The translations under genes and the position numbers were made by a program. From assembly GCA_004431415.1 (NCBI GenBank), contig QPMI01000066.1:248001-312000 (forward strand): DNA of 64,000 bases, read 5' to 3'. Positions within the stretch are counted from its first letter, which is position 1. Each line of letters begins with the position of its first letter. The notes under the pieces are model-generated. The model saw only the letters and a list, made by a program, of their open reading frames with translations. It was not told where the DNA came from and searched no databases. This document shows, piece after piece, positions 1-12,000 of the stretch. The DNA is from Cyanophora paradoxa CCMP329 (taxonomy: Eukaryota; Plantae; Glaucophyta).

Positions 1-132
1 AAACTTCAGTAGGTCAGCCTTCGCAGGGCTTTTGTATGGCGGAGACGGGGCTACCCCTACAAATTCTCGGCTTTAGCAGGCGGAAAATATTTAGTAGATC
101 GATATTGCCTAAATATTTCTAGTTCTACAGTA

Positions 133-323
133 TTGCCCCGCTCATAGCGGTGTGGTCATCATACACGCTTTCCATTTCATGCCTTCCGTGTTCGAATCGC
201 CCTGCGATGAGAATCCCGCTCGTTCCACATAATTCCGATCGATCATGCCCCACCTTGCCTGTATACGCCCCCACAGTGCTGGAGTAGACTAGAGGCTGTG
301 GCCGGTAATTCACCCAAAAAAAA
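133..323 (+). mobile_element. 191-bp poly(A)-tailed insertion with 16-bp target-site duplication (SINE-like or 5'-truncated LINE-like)
   Basis: TTCTAGTTCTACAGTA at 117-132 and 324-339; A8 at 316-323 directly before the second copy. Confidence 0.6.
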
Positions 324-707
324 TTCTAGTTCTACAGTAGCTAGGATTACAAGAGGAATTGGCCCCCGCCCCCCCCCCCCCCCCCCCCCCCCCCCGGCCC
401 CCACCCCCTTGAAACCGTCTGCGGCAACCTAAGAAACCAATTTGCAAGCACTGCGGCAAAGTTCCGGGCAAACGCAAATGTAGTATACGTACTTACGAAT
501 CAGAGAAAAAGCCAACAATAGAGAGAGCTGCAATCTAATTATAAGCTACGGATTCAAAATTGTTGGGCCACGCAGCTGTCGCAACGAGTCTCTGGGAGCA
601 CGACCAGGGAACCCGATCTATAGCGTTGGGACCCTGCCGGGCGGGGGAACCTCTGGGATACATGTGCATGCAGCTGCGGGGCCCTAGGCCTACGCTATAA
701 ATAGCCA

Positions 708-3700
708 CTACAGGGTCAGGTCCCCCAGGTCGTCAGCGAGGCTCTGGGCGACGACGCGGACGGGGCAGGGCGTGTGCGGGCATGGCGAGGAGGCGGCGGC
801 CGCCGCCTCGAGGCCGCTGAAGGCCGCCGCCCGCTCCAGCGCCCGCTGCATCTCGTCCTCCAGGACGAGCCGCGCCGCCGCCGTCGAAGTCGACGCCATC
901 GGCCGCGTACGCGCGCCGCCCTTCTCCGTCGTCGCCGCCGTCGCGCAGTGCTTGCTGAAGGTCGCCCCGTCGGCGTCGTCGCCGTCCGGGCCGCCCTCCG
1001 GCTCAGGGGTCCCCCGAACGAACAGAGGCACCGGAGCAGAAGCGGCGGGGGCGGCGGGGGCGGCGGGTGTGCGGGCCTCTCGGTTCGGGGCCGTCGGCTC
1101 GCGGCAGAGGACCGCGATGCCGGCCTGCGCCAGGCCGCGCATGGCCGCCGCCACGGCAACCCTGCGGCAACCGTCAGCGCGAGTGGCGGGGTACAGGGCG
1201 GAGGCGATGGGAGGGGTACCCGGAGGTGTCGAACAGCTCGATGACGGCAAGGGGCGCGGCGGGGCGGGCGCGGCCGCCGCTGCCGGAGGCGGGGGCGGCC
1301 CCGCCGGCGCCGGAGCCGGCGCACCGCCGCCGCCCGGCGCCTCGTCCGCGGAAGGCGGCCAGGACCCGCGGCGCTGGAGCCGGCGGGCCGAGGCGGCCGC
1401 CGAACGGTCTGCTCGGGCCGGGCGGGCCGCGAACACGCTGGAGGAGGGGGAAGAAGCCGGGCCGTGCCGGCGCCCCGGGGTGGTCGGCCCGGCCGGCATC
1501 TTGCCCTTGCACGCGGCGGGCGGCGGGGTCGTCGGGGCGGCCTTTGGGCCCCCCCCTCCGACGCCGGCGGCCAAGGCGAAGTCGCCGGTGCTGGCGCTCT
1601 TGCGGCTAGGGTCCAGGGCCGGCGAGTGGGGGAGGGCCGGGCGGGCCGGGGGTACCACCACGGACAGGAACGCGAAGCCGGTCGGCTTGACGGGGGCGGA
1701 CGCGGGGGGTACGCCGGCCGCGCGGCGGGCCGGGGAGGGGGGTATGGCGACGGGGGCGAGGAGGGGCGGGGCGGAGGTGAGGGTCGGGAGGGGGGCGACG
1801 GGGAGGAGGAAGGGGCCGAGTTGCCCGAAGGGGCGAGGCGGGGGAGTGGGGGACTTGGCGGGCGGGGGCGAGGGCGAGGGCCGCGCCGCGGCGGGGCGGG
1901 CGCCGCGCGCCACAGCGCCCAGCGCCGCGTGCCGGAGGCCGGCCACAGGCAGCGGCGGGGGCGACGGCCGCGGCGTGATGGTCTCTGACCCGTCCCCGTC
2001 CCTCGTCATACAGACCTGCAAAGAACGGAGCCTCAGAACAATGGAAGGGATGGACAAGTGCAGGGGGCGGGTGGTAGGTACCCAGGAGGGGACGCGGCTG
2101 AGGGCCGAGGGCGGGGTGTGGGGCAGCGGGGAGCCGGCGCCGCTGGCGGCCCCGACGGAGCGGGCGTGCACGCCGACGCGCAGGCGCCCGGGGCGCCCCT
2201 CAGGCCCCTCCGTCTCCGTCTCCGCCTCCGCCTCCGCCTCCGCCTCGGAACAGTCGGCCCCGGCCTCCTGCCGGGGCGGAGCAGAGCGGGAGCGGAGCCC
2301 GGCGGCGGCTCCGACTCCGGCGCCGGCGCCGGAGGCGCCGGCTCCGGCGACGCCGGAGGGGGGCGGGCCGGAGGGGGGCGTCCCCGCCGCCGCCCGCTCG
2401 CACAGGCGCCTGCGTCGTCCCGGGCGTGTGAGATTCACATTGTAGAACTATCATAGAGTTCTGTAAGGGTCTCTCAAGAGCGCCGCACCGCCAGCAGCGG
2501 TCGAGGGCGAGCTCGACGCGGCAGTGGTTGCGGATGATCCCGACCTCTGCGGGGCAGTCAGCGGGCGCGACGCTTGGGGCGCGCGGAGATCTCTCTGGAG
2601 GACTCGTAGGGGCGGCGGGGCGGGGCGGGCCGGGGGCCAGATCTCTCGGGCTCTTATCAAAGGGGCGGCGGGGCGGGGCGGGCCGGGGCCAGATCTCTCG
2701 GGCTCTTATCAAAGGGCGGCGGGCGGGGCGGGCCGGGGGCCAGATCTCTCGGGCTCTTATCAAAGGGGCGGCGGGGCGGGGCGGGCCGGGGGCCAGATCT
2801 CTCGGGCTCTTATCAAAGGGGCGGCGGGGCGGGGCGGGCCGGGGGCCAGATCTCTCGGGCTCTTATCAAAGGGGCGGCGGGGCGGGGCGGGCCGGGGGCC
2901 AGATCTCTCGGGCTCTTATCAAAGGGGCGGCGGGGCGGGGCCGGGAGGGGGCGGACTGGGCCAGGTCTTGCGCATGGAGTCGAGGATGGCGCGCTGCAGC
3001 ATCTCCGTCGTCGGGTTCGCGAAGATGTTCCTGTTTAGTGGTGAGACGGTGATAATAACAAGGTAACAATAACAAGGTAATAGACGGGGGCGGGGCGGGG
3101 CGGGGGGGCGCGTAATAGATGGTCCTGCGCATGCCGCGCGGCGCGGCGCGGGGGCGCGGGGCGCGTCGGGCGGGGCGGGGGAGGAGGAGGAGGGGCGGAG
3201 GAGAGAGAACGCCAGGCGGGGGGCTCGGCGCCGGCCTCTATTATCTTACTTCAGAAGTTGGTTCAGATCGGGCGGCGGGGTTGCGGGGCGGCGGGACGGG
3301 GCGGCGAGGCGGCGGGACGGGGCGGGCGTCGGACGGGGCGGGAGAGGAGGGGGGAGGCCGAGCAGGACGCGGGGCGGGGGCTTCGAGTAAGGTCGGGCGG
3401 GCCGACCTCCTCGGCGGCGCGTGGCGGATAGGGCAGGTGGCGGGGCGCTAGCGCTCTGTCTCGGGCGGCGGTGCTGCGGGGGGGCGGGGCTGCGGGGCTG
3501 CGTGGGGCGCACTGGTAGTCGGCGATGCCGATGGAGGGGAAGATGGTGATGTCCCCCTGGTACCGCTGCGTGAACAGCGGCACGAACCTGCCCAACGGCG
3601 TCAGAGAGAGAGCAAGAAGACAGGCGGGGCGAGGAAGGAGGGCGCTCCCGTTGAGAAAACGGGCCATAGCTTAGCAGACGGCGGGGCGCCGGCCTCGACT

Positions 3701-6700
3701 ATCTTCCTATTAGAGTTGGCGGGGCGGGGCGGGGTCCGGGGGCGCGCCCGTTGAGGAAGCGGGGCAGCAGCTCGAGCTCCGCCAGCTGCAGGAACCGGTG
3801 CTTCACCTGCGCGCGAGGGGCGGGGCGGGGCGGGCGGGCGGGCGGGTCGGAGGGCAGGGAGCCAGGAGGCGGTGCGGGCGTCGGGGCGGGGCGCCCCGAT
3901 AGAGGGCGCTCTGAAGCGCTCTAGGGGCAGCGGACGGGCCGGGGGCGGGGCCGGGGCCGGGGTCGCCGAGGGGCGATCGGCCGGCCGGGCGGGTCGGCTC
4001 CAAAACGGGCGGGCCTGGAGGGCCGGAGGGCAAGGCGGGGCCGGGGACGGGGACGGGGCCGGACCTCGGAGGCGAGGAAGAGCTTGAGGCGGTGCGTGAG
4101 CGCGCTCGGCCGCTCCATCTGCACGGCCGCCCCGTCAGCCGTGCTCGAAGGGCGAGGGCGGCGGGGGCGGCTCCGAGCTCTAAGGGCGTCGGGGCTGAGC
4201 CATCAGCCGGCCCCCCAGCCGCACTGGCAGGCGGGCGCTGAGGGCGGGGGCGGGGCGGGGGACAGCGGACCTCGGTGCCGAGGAAGGGGAGGACGTGGGG
4301 GTTCACCTGCGACACCAGGAAGTAGTTCACGTTGAACTGCGGCGGGGGGGAGGGGAGGTCAGCCTTCGAAGGACGCGGCGGGGGGGCGGGCTGCGGGGGG
4401 GCGGGGTGGAAGCCTCTAGGAAAACTCCGCAGAAACAAAGGAGACCGGACTATCCAAGCCGGGTGGGGCAGGTGGGGCGGGGCGGGGAGGGACTAGACCT
4501 AGACGAGACCTAGATCTAGAGTGTCTAGGCGGGGCCGGGCTATCCGAGCTGGGCGGGGCGGGGCGGGGCGGGCGGACCATCTCGGCGAGGCGGGCCATGG
4601 GGAGGTCGGCCTCCACGCTCCCGTCGCTCCACTTCATCCCCGTCAGGTGGTACGGCACCAGCGCCCCCGCCTCGTCCTGCCGGGGGGAGGGGGGGTGGGG
4701 AGGGGGCGTGAGCGATGCCGGGGGCATGGGGGCGGGCGCTTGCTAGCGACGCGGCTCTAAGCATCTAAAGGCGGGCGCGGGGCGGGGGCGCGGGGCGGGC
4801 GCGGGGGTGGGGTGCGGCGGGGCACCTTGGCGAGGAGCTCGACGGCGGGGAAGATGCCCGGCAGGGCGCACGAGGCGCTGGCGGGGCGCCGTTAGAGAAG
4901 TAGCAGGGTCGGGAGGCGGGCGGGGGGGCGGGCGGGCCGGCCGCTCGCGCCGGAGACGAGGGTCTAGGCCCCAGGGTCTCCTAGGCGGAGCGGCAACCTC
5001 CTATCTCGGGCAGGCGGCGACCTCTATCTCGGGCGAAGGGTCGGGAGGCGGTTCGGGCGGCTCGGGCGGCTGGCTGGCGCACCAGGCGGCGGACCAGACG
5101 ACGACGTTGGGGGCCGTCAGGTAGTTCAGCAGCTGCGGCACCTGGTGCTTGTTCGTCGGCGACACCGTGATGTTGAGGACGCGCTTGGTGCGGTCGTAGG
5201 CCTCCTGCGCGAGCAAAGCTGAGCTGACGAGGAGCGGCCGAGGAGGAGCGTGGAGCAGAGAGGGGCGAAGGGGGTGGAGCGGCGGGGGCGAGTAAGCGCT
5301 GAGCTGGCTACCGCGGCCGCCAAGGACCGCCGGGCTGGAGGTGAAGCGGAATTCTGGAAGGATAACTATGGAAGAAAACTATGGTGAAGCGGATAAGGAC
5401 CCAGAAGGGCAGCTGAGAAAAACGAAGTCCCGAGGGCGGCTACGCCCCAACGGACCTGGAAGGTGACAACTAGAAAGCTGGACAACTAGGAGAACTAGGC
5501 CCCCAACGCTAACCAAGGACGCCTGAGCCCCGAGGGCGGCGCGGGGCGGACCTGGAAGGTGATGTCGCCGAGGTTGCAGGCGACGCACTCCTGCAGCTTC
5601 CCCATGTCCATCAGGTACCCTGCGGGGGGGGGGGGAGGGGAGAGGGGGGAGAGGCGTCAGCCCCAGGGGGGGGGGGGGGGGGAAGTAGCCAGCTAGAGCG
5701 CCCAACGGCTCCGCTGTGGTCTAGCTACGGGGGGGGGGGGGGGGGGGGGTCGGAGGCTCTCCAAGCGGTCTCTAGCTGGGTAGGGCGGGGCGGGGAGCCG
5801 GAAAGGGGGGGGGAGCGGGGGGGGATGGGGTGGGGGGAGGGGGGGGAGGCGTCAGCGCCGGCCGCCGGCCTTGGGGGGTAAGCTCGCTAGCTGGCTAGCT
5901 AGCTAGCTAGACGGCCCAACGGCTCCGCTGTGGTCAAGCTTGCTCCGTTAAGGGCGGGGCGGGGCCCGGGGCGGGCGGGGGAGCGGGGCGGCTCCGATTG
6001 CGGAGCTCCGCGCGTCTAGCCACGGAGAGTTGGGGGTGGGGGGTGGAGGGGGGTGGGGTGGGGGGGGGGGGTGGGGTGGGGGGGCAGGGAGGAAGGGGAG
6101 GGGGGCGGAAACGGCTCTTGGCTCTCCTTCTCTAGCGGGGCGGGGCGGGAGCGGGGCGGGGCGGGGCGGGGCGGACCGTGGCGGAGGAGGCGCCAGACCT
6201 TGCGCCAGGCCGAGCCCGGCGCCGTGTCGAAGAAGTCCAGCCGGATGACACCGGGCGCGAACAGCCCCGGCAGCTCCTGAGAAAGGAAGGAGACCGTAAG
6301 CAAGCCTTGTATTAAGTCGGGAGAAGGGAGAAGGAGGGGGGCGCGCGGGCCTCGTCGGTCTTGCAGGCGACGGCGGCGCAGACGAGGGCGCCGGCGGAGG
6401 AGCCGGAGAGGACGCGGGGGAGGAGGCCCGCCTCGAAGAGCGCCCGCACCACCCCAAAGTGGTACATGCCTGAGAGGAGAGGCTGTTAGGAGATAACAAC
6501 AGGATCAGCTAGTAGGTTATATAGTGATCCTGAATATGTTAGGAGGTGTGAGAGGTGAGGGGGGAGGGGAGGTGAGAGGTGTTAGGAGGAAACGATTAGA
6601 TTAGCTGTTGATCCTATTTAGATTGGCCGCGCGGTTGTTCTATGCCGCTATTAGAAGTGGTACATGCCTGGGGGGGTGAGAGGTGTTAGGATCCGGCGAT

Positions 6701-8724
6701 TGGGAGAGGGTCAGGATCGGGAGAGGATGGGGGTAGGATCAGGCGAGCCATAGCTGACTAAGAGGGTATGACTAAGAGGGTATGGCTAAGCCAGCCATAG
6801 CTGGCTGGCTGATAGCCAAGACGCTGGCTAAGAGGTCGGGTATGGATTCGGATTGATCAGGGGTGCTAAGCTAACGGAGCAGTAGTGATCCTAGATAAGA
6901 GGCGTCGGAGGCGAGCCAGAGCTGATAGCTAGCCAAGGGGGCTCCAGGGGCGGGACCAGGAAGGGGATGGGGCGGGGCGGGGGCGTGGCGGGGAGGGGGC
7001 GGGAAGGGGCACCGAGGGAGGCGCCGCCGGAGAAGAGGAGCGCCGTGCGGCCGTAGTGGTGCCGCGTCTCGTGCAGGAACTCGAACCGCCTGCCCCCGCG
7101 TCAGCTTGAGGGTTCGAGGATTAAGGCGCTAGTCTTCTTAAGAGACGTTCTAAGGTTCTAGAAACCCGAACCGCTGGGGGGGGCGTCAGCTAATATCCTT
7201 CTTCTTCTCAAGGGGCTGTTCTTGTAAGAGTCCCGTCGGGTTCTTAGTTCTCAGGGGCTCGGGGGGGGCGCACCGCTCGAGGGGCATGCGCTCGTCGTCT
7301 GTGATGGCATCCAGGCTGCGGGGGGCGGGGCAATGCGTGAGATGGCGGGGCGAGGCGGGGCGGTGCGGTTGGCGGGGGGTGGGATGGGAGGTTGGCGGGG
7401 AGCGGGGCGGGGCGCGGGTTGGCGGAGCGGGCCGGCGTGAGATGGCGGGGCAGGGCGGTTGGCGGGGCGGTTGGCGGTTGGCGAAGGATGAGAAGGGCGC
7501 GGGCGCCGCCGGCGGGAGATGGCCGGGTGGGGCGGGGCGGCGCGGAGCGGTTGGCGGGGGTGGGGTGGGGTGGGAGGCTCTTCTGACGGCGCCGCCGCAC
7601 CAGCGCACGACCTGCGCGGGGGGGGGGGGGGGGGGGGGGGGGGGGTGCTGGGTCGGCGCGCGGGCGGAAGGAAGGAAAGGAGGGAGCAGGGTACCTCGGC
7701 GAGGTAGTCCTCCACGAGGTACTTGGTGCCTGGGGGGTACACGCGGGGATCAGCGGGGCGCGCCGGAGCGCCCAGAGAAGCCTTGGGGGGGCTCTGGCCC
7801 GCGCACCGACGCGGGAGTGGGCGTGCAGCCGCGGGTTGGTGGTGCCCCCGAACGACCGGTACAGGCCTGCGCGGCGCCACGGCGTCGGGGCGCGGCCTCA
7901 GCAAACGGGCGGGGGGGCGGGGCGTGAGGGCGGGGCGGGGCGGACAGGTGCGGAGGAAGAAGGCGAGGCTGGAGGGCGAGGCGGTGGCGCGCAGGCGGCG
8001 GAGGTGCTCCATCGTCTCCCGCACGCCCGCCCAGTCGTAGTCCGGCGACTCCGGCTCTTTCTTCCACGCCTCCCCGCCTGCCCGCGCGCGACCCGGGTCG
8101 TTCGGGCCGGCCGGCGGGCGCGGTTCGGCGCGGCTCGGGCGGGCGGGGCGGGGCGGGGCGGGCGGGGCGGGCGCGCGGCACCTTCGAGCACGTCGAGCTG
8201 CACGGCGGTCGCGAGCCACGTCTGCGGGGCGCGCGGTGGCCGCCGGTGAGCGCGGGGCGGGCGCGGGGCAGGGCGCAGGGCGGCGGCGCGGCTCGGCGCA
8301 CGTCGTATGTCTCCGCCGCGGCGAGGCGCTTCTTCAGCTCGGCGATCCTGCCGGGAGGCGCGTGAGCCGCGCCGCGGTCCGCAGCCGCGCGCGGCGGGAG
8401 ACCTTAGGCTGATGTCGCGCCGAAGTTTCGCCTCTGTCGACGCGCCCGCGATCTGGCGCAGCTTTCCCAGCAGCCAGTGCGGCTTCTGGTACTCGCGGAC
8501 CGAGCTTGATGGGCCGCCTGCCGGGTCCCGACCGCAGCCGAGCGGAAAGGTCAGAACTCGCGGCTGCGCAGGCGGATCGTCAGCCACGGACCGGTTTCAT
8601 CTTGCACCAGCGCCTGGTTAGCGGTCGCTAGGCCAGCTCGCTGCGGGCGGGGCGGATGATCGGATGCGGTCGGGGCGTGCGAGCCGGTGTGCGGGCGACG
8701 CACCCAGAGCAGCCCGAACACCAT
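708..8724 (-). CDS. Patatin-like triacylglycerol lipase (SDP1/TGL3-5 family), ~20 introns, long low-complexity C-terminus
   Basis: Spliced peptides: [14 protein letters not shown]|[18 protein letters not shown] (GxSxG nucleophile), [41 protein letters not shown] (catalytic Asp), [36 protein letters not shown]. Start (MVFGLLW at 8724) is inferred. Confidence 0.9.
2609..2945. repeat. Intronic minisatellite, 6 copies of a ~53-bp unit
   Basis: ctcttatcaaa recurs at 2651, 2703, 2754, 2807, 2860, 2913 within ggggcggcggggcggggcgggccgggggccagatctctcggg. Confidence 0.95.
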
Positions 8725-9069
8725 CTCGCCGTCACAAAGAACGCGCCCGCATCGCTTCGATGGAGAGAAGGGCCGCGACTTCTTGCCTCGACTGTACCCG
8801 TCCAGAGATCCTCGCGAAGCAGCCGCGGCGCGAGTACAGGGGCGGGCGGCGCGATCGGTCGCTTCAACCAAGCAAGGCGAGGCGTTGGGCAGCTCGGGTC
8901 GTGTCGGCTTCGACGCGCTGTGCATCTCCAGGTCTGCGCCTTCGGGAGCTCCCCGCGGGCTTGATGAGGCGGGCCTGATGAGGCTTCGAACGATTGGCAG
9001 GCGCCTGGGCAATTGGAAGTCGATCGGAACCGAGGACGATCGGCGCGGAAGTCGTCGACTCGACCGAGG

Positions 9070-12000
9070 CGCGGCGTACGGCCGCGGCGGCGGGCAGCGA
9101 CGATATGCGCAGCTGAGAAGGAGATCTCAAGATCTGCATCGGTGCGCCCAAACGCGTGCGCGGTGCGTGGTCGACGTCGGCGCCGCGCGCGCGCGTGCGC
9201 ATGCGCGGTGCGTTGTCGGTGCAGCTGCTGACCATGACGCGTCTCGGCAGCGAAACCTCTGTCGTCCTCTGTCGTCGGGCTCTCTCGGGGAGGAGTAGCT
9301 CGAACTCAATTGCAGGCAGCTGCCCACATATATGCATGCATGCGCAGGCGGCGCCGCGGCCGGCGCCGCTGAGCATGACGATTCCGGAGCTCCGCAGCGG
9401 CTCGTCATAGTACCGGTCTATCGATGTGTCTGCCACCAATGCGAGGAAGCTCGATCACCGGCCGCGGCTGCGACAGCTCGCTTCTGCGATGACTTCATCG
9501 GCTACCTCGAGACGTCGACGTCGGCAGTGAATTCAGATGCAGGGGTCCAAAGGTTGTCCCAAAGCGAATTTTCGAATTTAAAGGTTTGTTCTCGAGCAGT
9601 TTGGCTTGAATTGATCACTTGGACTTGATCATCACTTGATCACATTCGTCTGCAGAGAGGTCTTGAAGAATGCATCGCGAAGCAGGGCGAGCAGGGCCTG
9701 ACGTCCGTAGCGTACGCCCTCCGGCTCGCGCACATCTTGTACCCGTCTCGGCCTGCCGAAGCTCGCAAGCTCTACGAGGTGCTTGCAATTGAGCCCTCCC
9801 GGATTAAGAACCTCTCCTATAGCTAACTGATCGTGATCATGATCACAAGCTCTCTCGAGCTCTATGTGCATGCTCAAGCTGGAAGCATAACATAAACCTC
9901 AGCCTTTTCATCTTGGCCCGTTGAAGTACTAGTTGAGCTGAAACCGCATGTGTGATGCGCAGCGCTTCCTCGCGCCCCGCCTCCTGGACGAGAAGCGGAG
10001 GGTCGAGCTCCTCGGCGCCTCCCATCCAAAGGCCCTTTCGCTGCATGCGCATCAGTATGCATGCACGTGCTGTCTTGAAGACGACTTTGTCACCGCCAAG
10101 AAGTTTGATTTGGTGCGCTTGTATGTAACGCCTTTTGTGCAGTCGATCGCCTTTTCATGACAAGCTTGCACAAGCAGATCGCGCTGGTCATTGCAGAGCA
10201 CTATGCCGAGCTTGCAGAGACCCACCACAACGTTAGCGTAATTCTTTGGGACCTTTCGAGGACGTGTATCAAGCTGGAGCATCGTGAGGATGCCTGGAAA
10301 TACATGCAGGTGATTAGCGTTGCGTCAAGGTTGTCATTTACTTGAGGCTGATATCTCCATGGGACGCGTGCAGCTAGCAATGAAAAGTGATCGTGACTCG
10401 GGAAATGAGCAGCGACTGGCATCGCACTGCTGTAAAACGTTAACGGACAGCTGGATTATGCAGCTTTGGGAACTTTTTATTGAGGCAGGCTTGAAGCTTG
10501 AAGCGGAAGAGGTCCTTCAGGTTCGCACACTTATATATATTTTATGTATGTACATCTATATACGTCCTTGTTGCCAATTTGCTTGGTTAAGCTTGCAATT
10601 GCATGACCCCAGGCGCTTTCATGCAGGTCAACTTAAAAATTACAGAGCGAGCCTGCAGATCCTGCAGAGAGCGCCATCGCTTTGGAGCCGTGCTGGCTCA
10701 TATGCAACTTGGCATCTTGAAATATCACGAGGGCATGGAGGTGGACGAATCCGAGTCCGAATCGTACTGGAAGGTGAATGTCGAGTGCGACTTCCAATGC
10801 CTTATGTACGCAGGTGGTGAATGTGAATGAATAACTGCAATGCAGCGCGCACTCGCAGAGACTGAGCAGATGAATGGAAGCCACAAAGGCGAATTGCTCG
10901 GATTTCTTCTGCACAGTCTTGGAAATTTGTGCATGAAAGCAAATCGCTACACAGAAGCCTCTTTTTATCTTCGGGTACGCAGCCATCTTCTTTGATCGAT
11001 TGAAATGAGAGGTTGACTGATTGACGGGCCGCAGCGCAATCTCGCCGTGCAGGAGGCGACTTATGGGCTTGTACACGCAAACACGGAGTCATCGCTGGCT
11101 GAGCTACATACGCTGCAGTGCATTCATCAAGATCCAAGTCTTGTGGCTTTCTTGTCCGAGGCAAGTCGGCGGTGTCGACGTCATATCCATTTCCCCTTTA
11201 ATTTGTTCCGCAAACATGGCGAATTACGAAAATCGCTGTACCAGAAACTCCTCGAATTCATCCGAAAGGCGAAAAGGCTACCCACAGGCATGGAAACTGT
11301 CTACGTGAGTAAGGAATTGAACTGCTTTCATATGTTTCTAACGGCGACTGTTCTGATCATGACGCAGCTGCCGGATCCGGAGTCGGATGTTCTTGCAACA
11401 GCACTCGCAGAGGAGGCGCCTCCTGCTGCTGCATCTAAGAGCCAATCGCGAGATCTGAATGCTAACGAGCAGCTGCAGTTGGTGCAGGAGCACGCCCGTG
11501 CACGTACGCGTGGGCGAAAGGAGGAAGAGGAGCAGGGGCGGAATATCACTCCAGAGGCGAATGGTTCTGAGCAGCTCAAGGGTGGCGCTCCAGATCTAAA
11601 GGTATGTCTAATTATAACGCGGCGGAAGCAGGGGGCTGCAGAGTCTTATTCAGCGGGCGCAGACGGAGAATGAAATGCCTCAGGAGGATGCGGAGCCAGA
11701 AGTGCACGTTTGGGCGCCCACACCGAAGTGCACGTGTCCGCAGTGTGAAAAGGCGCGCTCGCCGACTGCTGAAGAGAACTTCATCGCTGGCTTTTGCGTC
11801 GACTTCATCGGACAGCTGGAGAGAACAGCACTTCCTGACAAGGAAGGTTTGGAGGCCTGCAAAGCTTTGTGGCAGGTCGGTCCAATTGTTTTCTGCTCCT
11901 GCTGCTATCTTTTTCAGATACGGTTCTGATCGTAAGACATTCGCGTGGTTGCAGAGCGATCTGGAAGAACTCGTCGCGAAGCGGGGCGAGCAGAGCCTGT

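Noticed and set aside
126-339. TACAGTA/TACTGTA as Tc1-mariner footprints (also ~32867, ~58637)
   Set aside because: Two of the four are the same TSD, and the count is near chance in AT-richer DNA.
772-2445. 557-aa plus-strand ORF and many similar overlapping ORFs across the window
   Set aside because: Antisense or off-frame shadows of GC-rich exons; the minus frame continues the lipase gene.
2609-2945. Regularly spaced repeats resembling a CRISPR array
   Set aside because: Units are contiguous and near-identical with no unique spacers; eukaryotic intron; no cas genes.
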